In this document: positions 49,892 through 59,884 of the stretch, piece by piece
Numbering within the stretch: position 1 is the first letter of the stretch
How the letters are laid out: every line of letters starts with the position of its first letter
Source of the DNA: a virus
Reading direction: 5' to 3' (one strand)
IMG/VR virus record: IMGVR_UViG_3300013119_001061
Length of the DNA: 64,000 bases
Program-made: the position numbers and the translations under genes
The notes under the pieces: model-generated
Database searches by the model: none
What the model was told of the DNA's origin: nothing
The model's input: the letters and a program-made list of their open reading frames with translations, nothing else

Positions 49892-52800
49892 AACAAAAAA
49901 AATTCTTGTCCCAAAAGATAAAAATGGTAATGGAAAACTTGGCAATGATTTTACAGCAGCAAATGCTAATTATGAAAATCTTCCCGATGTTCAAAGAGCA
50001 GGAATGGATGATTTGCCGTATAATGCTCAACCTATCGTAGATAACGTCGAAGCTGCAAGTATTAGTTCTATTCAAGATAAGGTAAAAGCGGATACACAGA
50101 TTAATTCTCGTCAACCTGGCGATATAAATAGCTTGGAATCTTCAACACAATTTTTACCAGGATCCCGCCGACCAGGAACAATTGATCGACCAAGTCAAAC
50201 TGCAACTTTGGGTCAATTCTTAAAGCAAGGTCGCCCAGGAAGAAGAATACAAAATAGTGACCAGATTGGCATTGATCATAATGGGAACGAAGTAAGTAGA
50301 AAGTTAGGTGGTGATATCCTAAGAGATATCAATACACAAACGCAGGGACGATTTTCAACTAGCCCACACGGAAGATCAGTTGCTGGCACCCCCGGTCCAG
50401 CATATGGAACCCCAGAAGTTCAAAGTGGCGCTGGCCCAGTTGTAAAAAGTTCAGTATCTGCTGTCTTGGGTATAAATCGATTTGCAGCTATTGGTGAAAA
50501 ATCTTTTGCCACTGCAGAAACAAATCCTGATAAACAAGTAGTAGGATCCTTCCAGCCAGAAGTGGGGTCATATAATCCTAATACAGGAGATGATCCGACA
50601 CAATTTGGTCAATCATTCAATATTGAAAAGCTGAAGTCTATTGGAATCGACATGCTCCGCGCCGCCGCTGGAATTCATGAAGAAAATGCTGTTAACAAAG
50701 ATGTTCAAATGGGAAGATCTAGTTTGAGCGCAGATTCATTGCGCCCAAGAAATTTATCATCTGGAGAGATCAATAAAGAGTCATTTGATGTATCAAAAGC
50801 TTCCACAGGAGAATTCAATCAACCGGAAGATGGAAAACCAAATTTATCATATGGACAACTCAACACGCCGGGTTCACCATTTGCTAGTTTGACTCCGAAT
50901 GAAATGAAAGCACTTTCAAGTGCAATCATTGCTATAACTGTAGAAGCAATACATTCTAATTCTCTAGTTAATACATTAGTTGCTGGGGCATCTAACAGTT
51001 CGTCTCATGGAAGCGCTCCATATACTAAAGGCAGTTTTGTAGAAAAGCCCAAAAATGGCGGAGCTTTTGGAAGATCAGCAGTAATTTCACAATCAGATCT
51101 TGGATTTATTAATACAGAAATTGAATTTTCATTGGCTGTTGATGCTGGATTAGCAATTCTTTTAGGCGATAATAGCACAGGAATAGTTGAAAAATTCTCT
51201 GGAAATTTAAATTTACAAAATAGCATTAATCAAGCAAAACAAAACATTGACGCTGCCCCCGGGTTTTATGTTAATTTTTGTAGAGCTATTTTAAAAGACT
51301 CACAAAATCTTAGTGAAAAATTTGCAGAAGTAGGAAATATGGGCACAGGTTCTACTGAGGGAGTTGCTGCCGCAATTGGAATTATAGATGTATTTAGATC
51401 ATCTAAACTAGTTGCTTGCATTAATACGCTAGCCACTATTGGAGACTCTGCATCCAGAGCTTCATCTAGCCCATATTCAATTGATCAAATTTCTCCTTCG
51501 GGCGATATTGGAATTCTTAATGATGGTGCAATTGGAGTGTCATATAATCCAGCATCACACGCAATGAAAAGTCGAGATGGTAATAAAGTTGCAGGAGGTG
51601 TTGATTCACTTCGTCTTGCATGGAGAAGTTCCTCGACTCCAAGCATGTATCTCCTCCCAGCAGAAATTGAATATGGTAGTGTAATAAATGGTGCTAAAGG
51701 AACTACACCCGGAACTGAATCACCTATGGCTGCGCATGCAAACATGGAAGGGATCACAAAATCAGATTCAAGCGGTAGACTTCCGCAGGAGTTTGTTGAA
51801 AAGCATGAAGAAATTTTAGATGCTGAATATGTTCCATTCTATTTTCATGATCTTCGAACAAATGAAATAATTTCATTTCATGCATTCTTAGAAAGTCTAA
51901 GTGATGGATTCGCTGCCCAATATACACCTTCGCAAGGAATCGGAAGAGCAGAGCCAATAAAGCTATACAAGGGGACAACAAGATCTATTGGATTTAATTT
52001 TATTGTTGCTGCAACTAGTAGAGACGACTTCAATGAAATGTGGTTCAAGATCAATAAGCTTGTTACAATGCTCTACCCGCAGTATACACAAGGCCGCGAA
52101 GCAGGAAACCCCACAGAAATATTTGGCCAGCCTATTTTTGGCCAAAACTTTATAATGCCCTTTTCTCAAGTAATGTCTGCTTCTCCAATGATTCGTCTTA
52201 GAATTGGTGATGTTGTTAAGTCAAACTTTTCAAAATTCAATCTATCTAGATTGTTTGGCTTGGGAACACCTCAATTAGATCCAATGTCCGCCGGCCTAGG
52301 CGTCCCAGCGGCATCATTGGTAGTGTATAGATTGTTATTTCAGGGTCTGGGAATTGTAAACAATCTTCCCATCCCTGGCATAGCAAAAACAGCAATTTTA
52401 AATTCAGCAACAGTTCAATCAAATATTCTTGAGGCTTCACGCTTAATAAAAGAAAATGCCAGAAAACTTCCGGTTAGCAATTCTAATGATGCATATGGCT
52501 ACAAAGTCGGAGACATAGTTAGATTAGGATTTCCAGACATTAGAAAGCTTAAACTAGCATCTGGGAATGGATCCCCAGAGCTCTTTTTAAATTATAGAAA
52601 TGCATTTGCAAAAATAGTTTCATTGCCAATTTTTGACGAACAAGGATCTGCAAAGTCTGTTAGATATCGTGTTCAACTATCAACTACATTTGAAAATGCA
52701 AGAACTGGAATCACAGATATATCTGGTCCGACAAATACATATTTTATAAGTCATCATGATGTTTCTCTCGTACCCGGTGGACTAATGAAAGAAAGGCTGG

Positions 52801-53234
52801 TTATTGACGGTTTAAGAAAGGCAACTGGAAAAGCTAACGTTCTTTATAGCACATCTGTTCTTACGTTCTTATCAAGCTTTCAAAATGCAGTTGTTCGATC
52901 ATTTGAGCACTCTGGCGGAAAAGGCCTCCCGGGATTTGTTAAAAACTTAAGCTTTCAATGGATAGGGCAAGATTCAACATGGGAAGTTGATCGTGGATCT
53001 AGAGCGCCAAAGTTTTGCAAAATTCAAGTTAGTTTTGATCCTGTTCACGACATTGCGCCAGGACTTGATCATACCGGCTATAATAGAGCACCAGTTTATC
53101 CTGTCGGCGATGTTGTTAACAATATTGCAGGTAAGTCAAATGATTGGGCTGATGAAGCTGTTAGTAGTTCCGGAGAATATCTCGATAATGCAGTTTCATG
53201 GGTATCTAATAAGACTGAGGATATATTTGAATAA
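49881..53234 (+). CDS. baseplate/tail-tube initiator-like large protein
   Basis: FHAFLESLSDGF...GRAEPIKLYKGTTRSIGFNF...PMIRLRIGD...GFVKNLSF...TWE tube-initiator-like fold with large additions. Confidence 0.6.
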   Translation: MANETKKILVPKDKNGNGKLGNDFTAANANYENLPDVQRAGMDDLPYNAQPIVDNVEAASISSIQDKVKADTQINSRQPGDINSLESSTQFLPGSRRPGTIDRPSQTATLGQFLKQGRPGRRIQNSDQIGIDHNGNEVSRKLGGDILRDINTQTQGRFSTSPHGRSVAGTPGPAYGTPEVQSGAGPVVKSSVSAVLGINRFAAIGEKSFATAETNPDKQVVGSFQPEVGSYNPNTGDDPTQFGQSFNIEKLKSIGIDMLRAAAGIHEENAVNKDVQMGRSSLSADSLRPRNLSSGEINKESFDVSKASTGEFNQPEDGKPNLSYGQLNTPGSPFASLTPNEMKALSSAIIAITVEAIHSNSLVNTLVAGASNSSSHGSAPYTKGSFVEKPKNGGAFGRSAVISQSDLGFINTEIEFSLAVDAGLAILLGDNSTGIVEKFSGNLNLQNSINQAKQNIDAAPGFYVNFCRAILKDSQNLSEKFAEVGNMGTGSTEGVAAAIGIIDVFRSSKLVACINTLATIGDSASRASSSPYSIDQISPSGDIGILNDGAIGVSYNPASHAMKSRDGNKVAGGVDSLRLAWRSSSTPSMYLLPAEIEYGSVINGAKGTTPGTESPMAAHANMEGITKSDSSGRLPQEFVEKHEEILDAEYVPFYFHDLRTNEIISFHAFLESLSDGFAAQYTPSQGIGRAEPIKLYKGTTRSIGFNFIVAATSRDDFNEMWFKINKLVTMLYPQYTQGREAGNPTEIFGQPIFGQNFIMPFSQVMSASPMIRLRIGDVVKSNFSKFNLSRLFGLGTPQLDPMSAGLGVPAASLVVYRLLFQGLGIVNNLPIPGIAKTAILNSATVQSNILEASRLIKENARKLPVSNSNDAYGYKVGDIVRLGFPDIRKLKLASGNGSPELFLNYRNAFAKIVSLPIFDEQGSAKSVRYRVQLSTTFENARTGITDISGPTNTYFISHHDVSLVPGGLMKERLVIDGLRKATGKANVLYSTSVLTFLSSFQNAVVRSFEHSGGKGLPGFVKNLSFQWIGQDSTWEVDRGSRAPKFCKIQVSFDPVHDIAPGLDHTGYNRAPVYPVGDVVNNIAGKSNDWADEAVSSSGEYLDNAVSWVSNKTEDIFE

Positions 53235-53530
53235 TGACAATATCAAGATACGATAGAGATTCACTAGCTAATAATGGACGATCTTTTGGGTCGTCGCAGT
53301 CTATAGTTTTAATAAGAAAAGCCATAAGAATGAATAAGATTAGCTTAAAAGAAACAATATCAGCAGAAAATGAAAGATTAGATATAATTGCTGGGCAACA
53401 ATATCAAGATGCATCTTTGTGGTGGGTTATAGCAGCAGCTAGCAATATTGGCTGGGGATTACAAATACCTGCAGGAACTCGACTTCGAATACCCACAGAT
53501 ATCTCCCAAATAATGGAGATAATATCTTGA
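53234..53530 (+). CDS. LysM/tail-X-like baseplate protein (gp53-like)
   Basis: ERLDIIAGQQYQDASLWWVIAAASNI...GTRLRIP. Confidence 0.8.
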   Translation: MTISRYDRDSLANNGRSFGSSQSIVLIRKAIRMNKISLKETISAENERLDIIAGQQYQDASLWWVIAAASNIGWGLQIPAGTRLRIPTDISQIMEIIS

Positions 53531-56463
53531 GTAGCAGTTTTATCAATAATAATAGAGCTTTAAGAAAATCAGGAGATAGAATTAGAAAAAGCACGGGCTA
53601 CGGCGGGATTGGAAGAATACTGTCAGTAACACCACAAGGCTCAGTTTCAAAATTTGACTCTAAAAAAAATAAACATGTAAAAATAATTGCAGATTCAATT
53701 TTAGATAATGTCGATGGTGCTATTCTAGGTGAAGATTTTAAAAAAGCAATTTTTGTAGGAGATTTAGCGGCGCTAACTAATTTGTCGATCCCCGGCGTAG
53801 GAACAACATTTAATGCTGCCTTTAATTTATATACAGAGACAAGTCTGGGCTCCGTCCCGGGAAATATTGGCTCGACCCCGGGTATAGGTTTTACTACTAA
53901 AGAGTTTGCCCCAGTCCTAAAAACGTCATCTTTGAAAAAGGGCGGAATTGTTCAACAAGGTCTTTCTGCAGTCCGCGGAGGAATAGCAGCTGTAAATAAC
54001 AGCATGTTTGGAACAGATTTAACAGTACTTACATGTAAACATTTTGATTTTACACCCTCGACATCTTATGTTTCTGAGATTGAAGTTTTTGCAAATTCAA
54101 TTCCAACATATGAGTTTTCTAGATGTGTTCCGCATTTAGACTTTACGTTTTTTACTGCTACAAAACCTTTAAACAATAGAGGAAAACCTTTATCTATAAG
54201 TCTTTCAAAGGCCGCAGTAGGATCAGAAGGCGCCGGAAGATTTGAAATAGGCACAAGAATGATGGCACAAGGTGCAGAGAGTATTTTAAAAAAGCAAAAT
54301 TCTCAATTTGGTATTGAGATGTTTACTATGCCACAAACATTCGTCCCTATAAATAGTAAAAATAGATCAACTCCAATTTTAGATCCCTTCAAGCCGTTTA
54401 TGTCAATAAAGTCTTTTGATATCTCTGTTGTTCCCGCAGCTGGTCTAATGGAAAAGAAAAAAGCATCTTTGAAAATAGTTTTGCATGATAGATCTAGGCT
54501 TCATGAAATAGCAGAAATAATTCGCCCAGAAAACTTTGGCACAAATGAAATTTTAGTAGAGTATGGATGGAGTCATCCAGATAAGTCAGGAAGAAATGAA
54601 TATGCAAACTTTTTAAATTCAATGAAAAATAAAGAAAAATATGCTGTTTATAATTCGTCTTTTTCTCTCAATGCTGAGGGCGGGGTTGATATTGATTTAA
54701 CATTATTTGCCAAGGGTAATCTCACTGTAGAAAATACAACAATAATCGATAATCCTGCAATGAAAGATATTGGGAAAGTCATTGGAGAAATTGAGTCAAA
54801 AATAAATAAGATTTTAAGTGAAAATCCAAGAACAGATAAAAAAAGAAAGAATATATCTGCAACACAGATTATTGATGGATACGTTGATGGAAATGTTAAT
54901 GTAGAGGGTTCACAAATTTTTCTTAATATGGAAAATGGAAAAAATGAAATTTTATCAAATCTAACCGAGCCAAGCCATCTAAGTCTAATGAAAGAATTGC
55001 AAAAAATTAAATCACAAAAGAGCGAGCTAAAATCAACAAAAGTCGAAATATTAGATGCAATAAAAGAACAACTATTCAACGATACCGCAGATCCTTTTTA
55101 CCCGTCAGAAACTGCTACTAATGATATTGCAGGTCCCTTAAAGCCACTGCCAGGAGTACCAAAAAACGAGTATATCTCGGTTGGTAAGCTTTTTTCAATG
55201 TTTGTCGGCCGCCCGCTATGCTCATCTAATAAGTACGCAGAAGTTCAATTATTCTTTTACGGATTTAGCGATGATTCAGGCTTTCATGATTCTTCAATTG
55301 TCAAGAATCCTTTGTCAAAATATTCAATAGATCAATTTCTTATTAGAAAAGATGATTTTATTGATATGCTCGACAAAATGATCGAATCCAAAGGCACAGC
55401 GAATATACCAATTCAAACATTTATTACAAGAGTTATTAATAATTTTATAAAGCATCCATTTTCTACCCTTTCAAATGTTGTAACTCCAGGAATGATCTAT
55501 AGAAAAATTATGAAACTTTCGGAGACTAGTGGTGTCTCGCCCGCAGCTATTGCTGGGGCACAAATTTCAACAGCATCACCCGCTGAATCGTATAAGGATC
55601 TTGCAAAAAAATATAGATCTCCCAATATTCAAATAAGATTTGATGCATTGCCAGTTGCGTCAGCACTTGGCTTAGATTCTTCTGCTAGAAAATCTGTTTT
55701 GAGAGTGCATATATTCGATAGTCACAATGGAAGAATGACGCCTTACGTTAATGCCATAAAAGCGGGCTCAAATACTATGGAGACGCTTAAATTATCCTCA
55801 GCAAAATTATCAGATGCTCTAAAATTAGACCCGTCAGAAGCAGATAGAAAAAAAGCAGCTAATGATGCGTTAGCTGAAATAATTGAATCTGATCTTTTTG
55901 GTATTAAGATTTTACCAGGTATAACTCCCGAGTTTAAGCTTGACATACCTTTTAAAAAATTAAAAAAAATAATTAGTCAAGGCTACCCTACACTTACATA
56001 CGGATCTGACGGTTCTATATTAACATCTGCAAAATTTTCCACAATTCAAAACAAGAAGTTTGCAGATGTTCAGTTGACTAGATACGGAAAAAATCCTAAC
56101 AAGACTGCAGCAGGAACTGATCCCCGAGGATTACCAATGAAAATTTTGCCAACAGAGGCACAGGTCACAATGATGGGCTGCCCGCTAATAAAATATGCGC
56201 AGCATTTCTTCATAGACTTCGGGACGAATACGTCAGCAGATGATTTATATTATGTAAAAACTATTAGTCATAGTTTTAAACCTGGTAGTTTTACAACCTC
56301 TCTATCTATGATGGCAAGAGATGCAGATGGTGCATATGAAAGCTTATTTGGCCTACTTGATAAAGCGACTAAAGTTTTATCTAGAGAGAAAGAAGCCTCT
56401 ATTGCTGATAAGATCGCAACAGCTGGCGAAACCGCACTCGATCTTCTTAATACTGGAAACTAA
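53527..56463 (+). CDS. baseplate hub-like protein
   Basis: TTG start; VEYGWSHP; C-terminal AQVTMMGCP...YYVKTISHSF...FTTSL hub-type strand pattern; context. Confidence 0.55.
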   Translation: MSSSFINNNRALRKSGDRIRKSTGYGGIGRILSVTPQGSVSKFDSKKNKHVKIIADSILDNVDGAILGEDFKKAIFVGDLAALTNLSIPGVGTTFNAAFNLYTETSLGSVPGNIGSTPGIGFTTKEFAPVLKTSSLKKGGIVQQGLSAVRGGIAAVNNSMFGTDLTVLTCKHFDFTPSTSYVSEIEVFANSIPTYEFSRCVPHLDFTFFTATKPLNNRGKPLSISLSKAAVGSEGAGRFEIGTRMMAQGAESILKKQNSQFGIEMFTMPQTFVPINSKNRSTPILDPFKPFMSIKSFDISVVPAAGLMEKKKASLKIVLHDRSRLHEIAEIIRPENFGTNEILVEYGWSHPDKSGRNEYANFLNSMKNKEKYAVYNSSFSLNAEGGVDIDLTLFAKGNLTVENTTIIDNPAMKDIGKVIGEIESKINKILSENPRTDKKRKNISATQIIDGYVDGNVNVEGSQIFLNMENGKNEILSNLTEPSHLSLMKELQKIKSQKSELKSTKVEILDAIKEQLFNDTADPFYPSETATNDIAGPLKPLPGVPKNEYISVGKLFSMFVGRPLCSSNKYAEVQLFFYGFSDDSGFHDSSIVKNPLSKYSIDQFLIRKDDFIDMLDKMIESKGTANIPIQTFITRVINNFIKHPFSTLSNVVTPGMIYRKIMKLSETSGVSPAAIAGAQISTASPAESYKDLAKKYRSPNIQIRFDALPVASALGLDSSARKSVLRVHIFDSHNGRMTPYVNAIKAGSNTMETLKLSSAKLSDALKLDPSEADRKKAANDALAEIIESDLFGIKILPGITPEFKLDIPFKKLKKIISQGYPTLTYGSDGSILTSAKFSTIQNKKFADVQLTRYGKNPNKTAAGTDPRGLPMKILPTEAQVTMMGCPLIKYAQHFFIDFGTNTSADDLYYVKTISHSFKPGSFTTSLSMMARDADGAYESLFGLLDKATKVLSREKEASIADKIATAGETALDLLNTGN

Positions 56464-56470
56464 TTTATTA

Positions 56471-56499
56471 GTGTAGATTTTTGATAATGTATCTATAAT
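56471..56499 (+). promoter_or_regulatory. sigma70-like promoter, probably leaderless
   Basis: GTGTAG-17nt-TATAAT ending 6 nt before ATG 56506; no SD. Confidence 0.55.
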
Positions 56500-56505
56500 A
56501 GATAT

Positions 56506-57696
56506 ATGAATATTTGCATTCACAAAAGAATCTTGGGAACAACCCAGCATTTGTCGACTAATTTTGAGTCAAAATCTTCATGGGTAGAAGATCCAGATAG
56601 TGAAGATCTAACAATTGGATTCAAAAATAACGAGACTATTAATATTGTTTCCTTCCTTTTGAATAAGAAAATTCCTGATTCACCTGATAAGAAGTTTGCT
56701 CTGCCGTTTCGTCATTCAAGCTTAGAAAATATCTTGTGGTCTCATGTGTTGCCCAAGAAGGAATATAGAAAGTATTTCCAGAGTATCCAGAATGCAATTG
56801 GCGAAACTTTAAAGTCTGATCAATACGAATACTTTAATAATCGTATCTCTATTCAACAGAAGCTTATCTCCTTTCTTGAGCCATCTAAAATTGATGAAAA
56901 AGTTTTTGGAAAATATTGCGCAGATCCAGAGTTAGTCAACAAGTCTGTTTTGACAACATTTGCGCCAAAAAAAGGGTTTGCAAAAAATGTTGACTATAAT
57001 CTAGTAGGGACAAATACAGGAAGGCTCACGATATTAGCTGGTCCACAAATCCTTACTCTTAAAAAAGAACTAAGAAATATTTTGACGTCTCGATTTGAAG
57101 GCGGAAAGATAATCCAGTTTGACTATACTAGCCTTGAGCCAAGAGTTGCATTGATGTTATCAGGCAAGAATCCGGAAAGAGATATCTACACCAGTCTATG
57201 CAAGCAAGTTTTGGGAGGCAAATACGGCCGCCAAACTGCTAAGCTTCTTACTATCGCAACTCTCTATGGCATGGGAATCAATCGTGTCAAAGACTTGCTC
57301 GGTGTAAGTAAGATCACTGCACGAGAAGTTTTAGACCAGCTTGAAGATTTCTTTGGTGTTGAAGATATCAAAAAACAATTAGAAAAAGAGGCAGAATCCG
57401 GATTTATTAAAAACTACTTTGGTAGAAACATTCGAGTTAGAAACAATGCTTCACATGTCTTATATAATAACTATATTCAATCAACAGCAATGGATGCAGC
57501 GCTTGAAGGATTCTTTAAAGTAGTTCAAAACATAAAGAGGGAAAAATACCAGTGCATTCCGATCTTTGTTTTGCATGATGCTATTATTTTTGATTGTCAT
57601 CCTGAGTGCTTTGACAAATTAGAAGTTATAATGAATCCAGGACAAAATTTATCTAGTTTTGAATCACAACTTTATATGGAGGCTGAAGAAGTATAA
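56506..57696 (+). CDS. short family-A DNA polymerase-like protein (no recognisable exonuclease domains)
   Basis: TGRL; FDYTSLEPR (motif A); RQTAKLLTIATLYG (motif B); NYIQSTA; LHDAIIFD (motif C). Confidence 0.8.
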   Translation: MNICIHKRILGTTQHLSTNFESKSSWVEDPDSEDLTIGFKNNETINIVSFLLNKKIPDSPDKKFALPFRHSSLENILWSHVLPKKEYRKYFQSIQNAIGETLKSDQYEYFNNRISIQQKLISFLEPSKIDEKVFGKYCADPELVNKSVLTTFAPKKGFAKNVDYNLVGTNTGRLTILAGPQILTLKKELRNILTSRFEGGKIIQFDYTSLEPRVALMLSGKNPERDIYTSLCKQVLGGKYGRQTAKLLTIATLYGMGINRVKDLLGVSKITAREVLDQLEDFFGVEDIKKQLEKEAESGFIKNYFGRNIRVRNNASHVLYNNYIQSTAMDAALEGFFKVVQNIKREKYQCIPIFVLHDAIIFDCHPECFDKLEVIMNPGQNLSSFESQLYMEAEEV

Positions 57697-58298
57697 TGGA
57701 TTTAGATATCGAGAAAATGCAGGAAGATTATGAGAAATTTCAAGCTCTGACTAAAAAGACGGGACCAAGAGCTAAGAAGTTACAAAAGCTAGTTGATAAG
57801 CTCGGAGAAAGACTAGTAATGGCACCCTCGTCAGAGAGAGATGAGTATTTCAATGCCTTCTCCGGCGGCCTTCTTGATCATTCTCTAAAGATCCTTGAAA
57901 CCAGCTACAAAGTCGCCAAGGGTTGTGGAATTGAAGTTTCAAATGAATCTATCATCCTATGCTCGCTCTTTTGTCTTATTGGAAAAGTCGGTGATGAAAA
58001 TCAAGACCTCTATATTCCTCAAGATAATTCGTGGAGAAAAGAAAATCTAGGTGAAAATTATAAATTCAATAATGATTTGCCTCACATGAGAACAACGCAT
58101 AGAAGTCTTCTCCTTTTGCAAAAGTTTGGAATTGAGCTTTCACACGATGAGTGGCTAGCAATTTTACTTGCGGATGGTTTAACAGATGATACGCGCCTTT
58201 ATTCAATGAGAGAGCCGTCACTAGCGCTCGTAATATCCTCATCGAATAAGCTTGTTCAGAGCAAGTCAAGAGAAGAAGATAATCCTGTTTCTTTCTAG
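57696..58298 (+). CDS. HD-domain-like protein with degenerate metal ligands
   Basis: APSS..YFNAFSGGLLDHSL...LFCLIGKVGD...RSLLLLQ..G..LS..EWLAI follows the HD scaffold, but the HD dyad is replaced by CL. Confidence 0.65.
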   Translation: MDLDIEKMQEDYEKFQALTKKTGPRAKKLQKLVDKLGERLVMAPSSERDEYFNAFSGGLLDHSLKILETSYKVAKGCGIEVSNESIILCSLFCLIGKVGDENQDLYIPQDNSWRKENLGENYKFNNDLPHMRTTHRSLLLLQKFGIELSHDEWLAILLADGLTDDTRLYSMREPSLALVISSSNKLVQSKSREEDNPVSF

Positions 58299-58305
58299 CT
58301 TCGTC

Positions 58306-58313
58306 CATATTTA
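58306..58313 (+). promoter_or_regulatory. putative late promoter (CATATTTA)
   Basis: Motif 5 nt before ATG 58319. Confidence 0.55.
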
Positions 58314-58318
58314 AATAT

Positions 58319-59011
58319 ATGAGAAAAGAAATCAAAAGATTTAAACCTAAATTTATCAAGCGTGCAAATGACAGCACCACCGGCGCCGGCACCCGCGGAG
58401 CAATCTCTAATTCTACTCGACAAAACCCGCCAGATATCCACAGGCTTGGTTGGGCTCCTCGACCATTTCCTCGATCTGGTATGACAGGAGAGCCCAATAG
58501 CTCAATTATGGGCCGAATGGGAACAGGTTCATTGTCAGCCTATACTGATGTCGACCGCGAAGAATTCGAAGACCAGTCAGGAATGCCAGGAAAAGGCGGA
58601 AACTATAAGTTTGGAATGTCAAGACATTACAAGAACAAGGGCGGAGGAAAAGCTATGATGGGAACTGGATCCGGACCAATTGGTGAAGAAGTATTAAGAA
58701 AGATAATCAGGCAAGAGCTTGTAGAGGCTCTCGGAGACAAGTCTGGTAAAAAAGCATTTGCATATGAGCTTATGATGAGCCAAGAAGGCGACGATGAAAT
58801 CGACGAGGAAGAGGATGAGCTTGATGAATTCTCCGGCGCCACCGCCGTTGCAGGTGTATCATTACCTCTCGGAGCCTCAACCCCGGGCAAGAAAGCAAAG
58901 CCATCATGGGGAATAACAGCTAGAACATTGAATGGAACAGCTGTAAAGCCTGACAGTTCTAGCACAAGAATTCTAAAAATAAGAAGAATGAAAAAATCTG
59001 AATTATATTGA
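58319..59011 (+). CDS. low-complexity late protein, possible internal head protein
   Basis: Basic Gly-rich N-terminal half; LRKIIRQELVE; acidic patch; LDEFSGATAVAG. Confidence 0.5.
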   Translation: MRKEIKRFKPKFIKRANDSTTGAGTRGAISNSTRQNPPDIHRLGWAPRPFPRSGMTGEPNSSIMGRMGTGSLSAYTDVDREEFEDQSGMPGKGGNYKFGMSRHYKNKGGGKAMMGTGSGPIGEEVLRKIIRQELVEALGDKSGKKAFAYELMMSQEGDDEIDEEEDELDEFSGATAVAGVSLPLGASTPGKKAKPSWGITARTLNGTAVKPDSSSTRILKIRRMKKSELY

Positions 59012-59036
59012 ACATTCTATGTGGGTTGATTACAAT
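59008..59036 (+). promoter_or_regulatory. sigma70-like promoter of ssb-recA operon
   Basis: TTGAAC-17nt-TACAAT. Confidence 0.65.
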
Positions 59037-59074
59037 AACATTGATCAATAAAACGCCAACATAGGAGAAACATT

Positions 59075-59878
59075 ATGGCACTTGATTTTGATGCGATTCG
59101 TCGCAAGGTAGCACAACTTTCCGGCAACAAGCGAGGTTCATCATTTTGGCGCCCCGAGGAGGGTGAGCATACTGTTCGACTCGTGCCATTCTCTGATAAT
59201 GATGGGCAGCCATTTAAGGAGAGGTGGTTCTACTATAACGTAGGTGAGAACCGAGGTATTCTCGCTCCTAAGCAATTTGGTAAGCCCGATCCAATTCAGG
59301 AGCTTATTAACAAGCTTCGTGATGATGGCTCTCCTGAGTCACTTGAGCTTTGCAAGCGCTTATATCCCAAGATGCGTGGCTATGCTCCGGTCATCGTTCG
59401 CGGCGAGGAGTCAAAAGGAGTCCAGCTTTGGTCGTTTGGCAAGATGGTTTATCAAGATATTCTTAATATCATGCTCGATCCTGACTATGGTGATATCACT
59501 GACCCAGTCGAGGGCAGAGATATTAAAGTCACCCTTTCAAAGCAGCCAGGACAAAACTGGGCCAAGACTTCTGTGATGCCTCGAGGCAAGGTTACTGAGC
59601 TATCTGATGATACAGCAAAGATTAAAACGTATCTTGAAAATATTCCAAACCTTGATGAGATTTATTCGCTCGAGCCTTACGAAGAGATTGAGAAGAAAGT
59701 CAATGATTGGTTAAATGGATCAGCAGATTCTGACGAGGGAACTACTCGAGGAACTACGTCTACAACTACTGTATCATCACCTCCCAAGCCAGAGTCTACG
59801 AAATCAAAGACACCAAACGCAGAGACAAAGTCATATAACTCACTAGATGACGCATTTGCAGACTTGCTCGGAGACTGA
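59075..59878 (+). CDS. single-stranded DNA-binding protein (gp32-like)
   Basis: FWRP..G...VRLVP, GKPDPI, LWSFGK, DYGDITDPVEGRDI; acidic C-terminus DDAFADLLGD; AGGAG SD. Confidence 0.85.
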   Translation: MALDFDAIRRKVAQLSGNKRGSSFWRPEEGEHTVRLVPFSDNDGQPFKERWFYYNVGENRGILAPKQFGKPDPIQELINKLRDDGSPESLELCKRLYPKMRGYAPVIVRGEESKGVQLWSFGKMVYQDILNIMLDPDYGDITDPVEGRDIKVTLSKQPGQNWAKTSVMPRGKVTELSDDTAKIKTYLENIPNLDEIYSLEPYEEIEKKVNDWLNGSADSDEGTTRGTTSTTTVSSPPKPESTKSKTPNAETKSYNSLDDAFADLLGD

Positions 59879-59884
59879 TCATAA

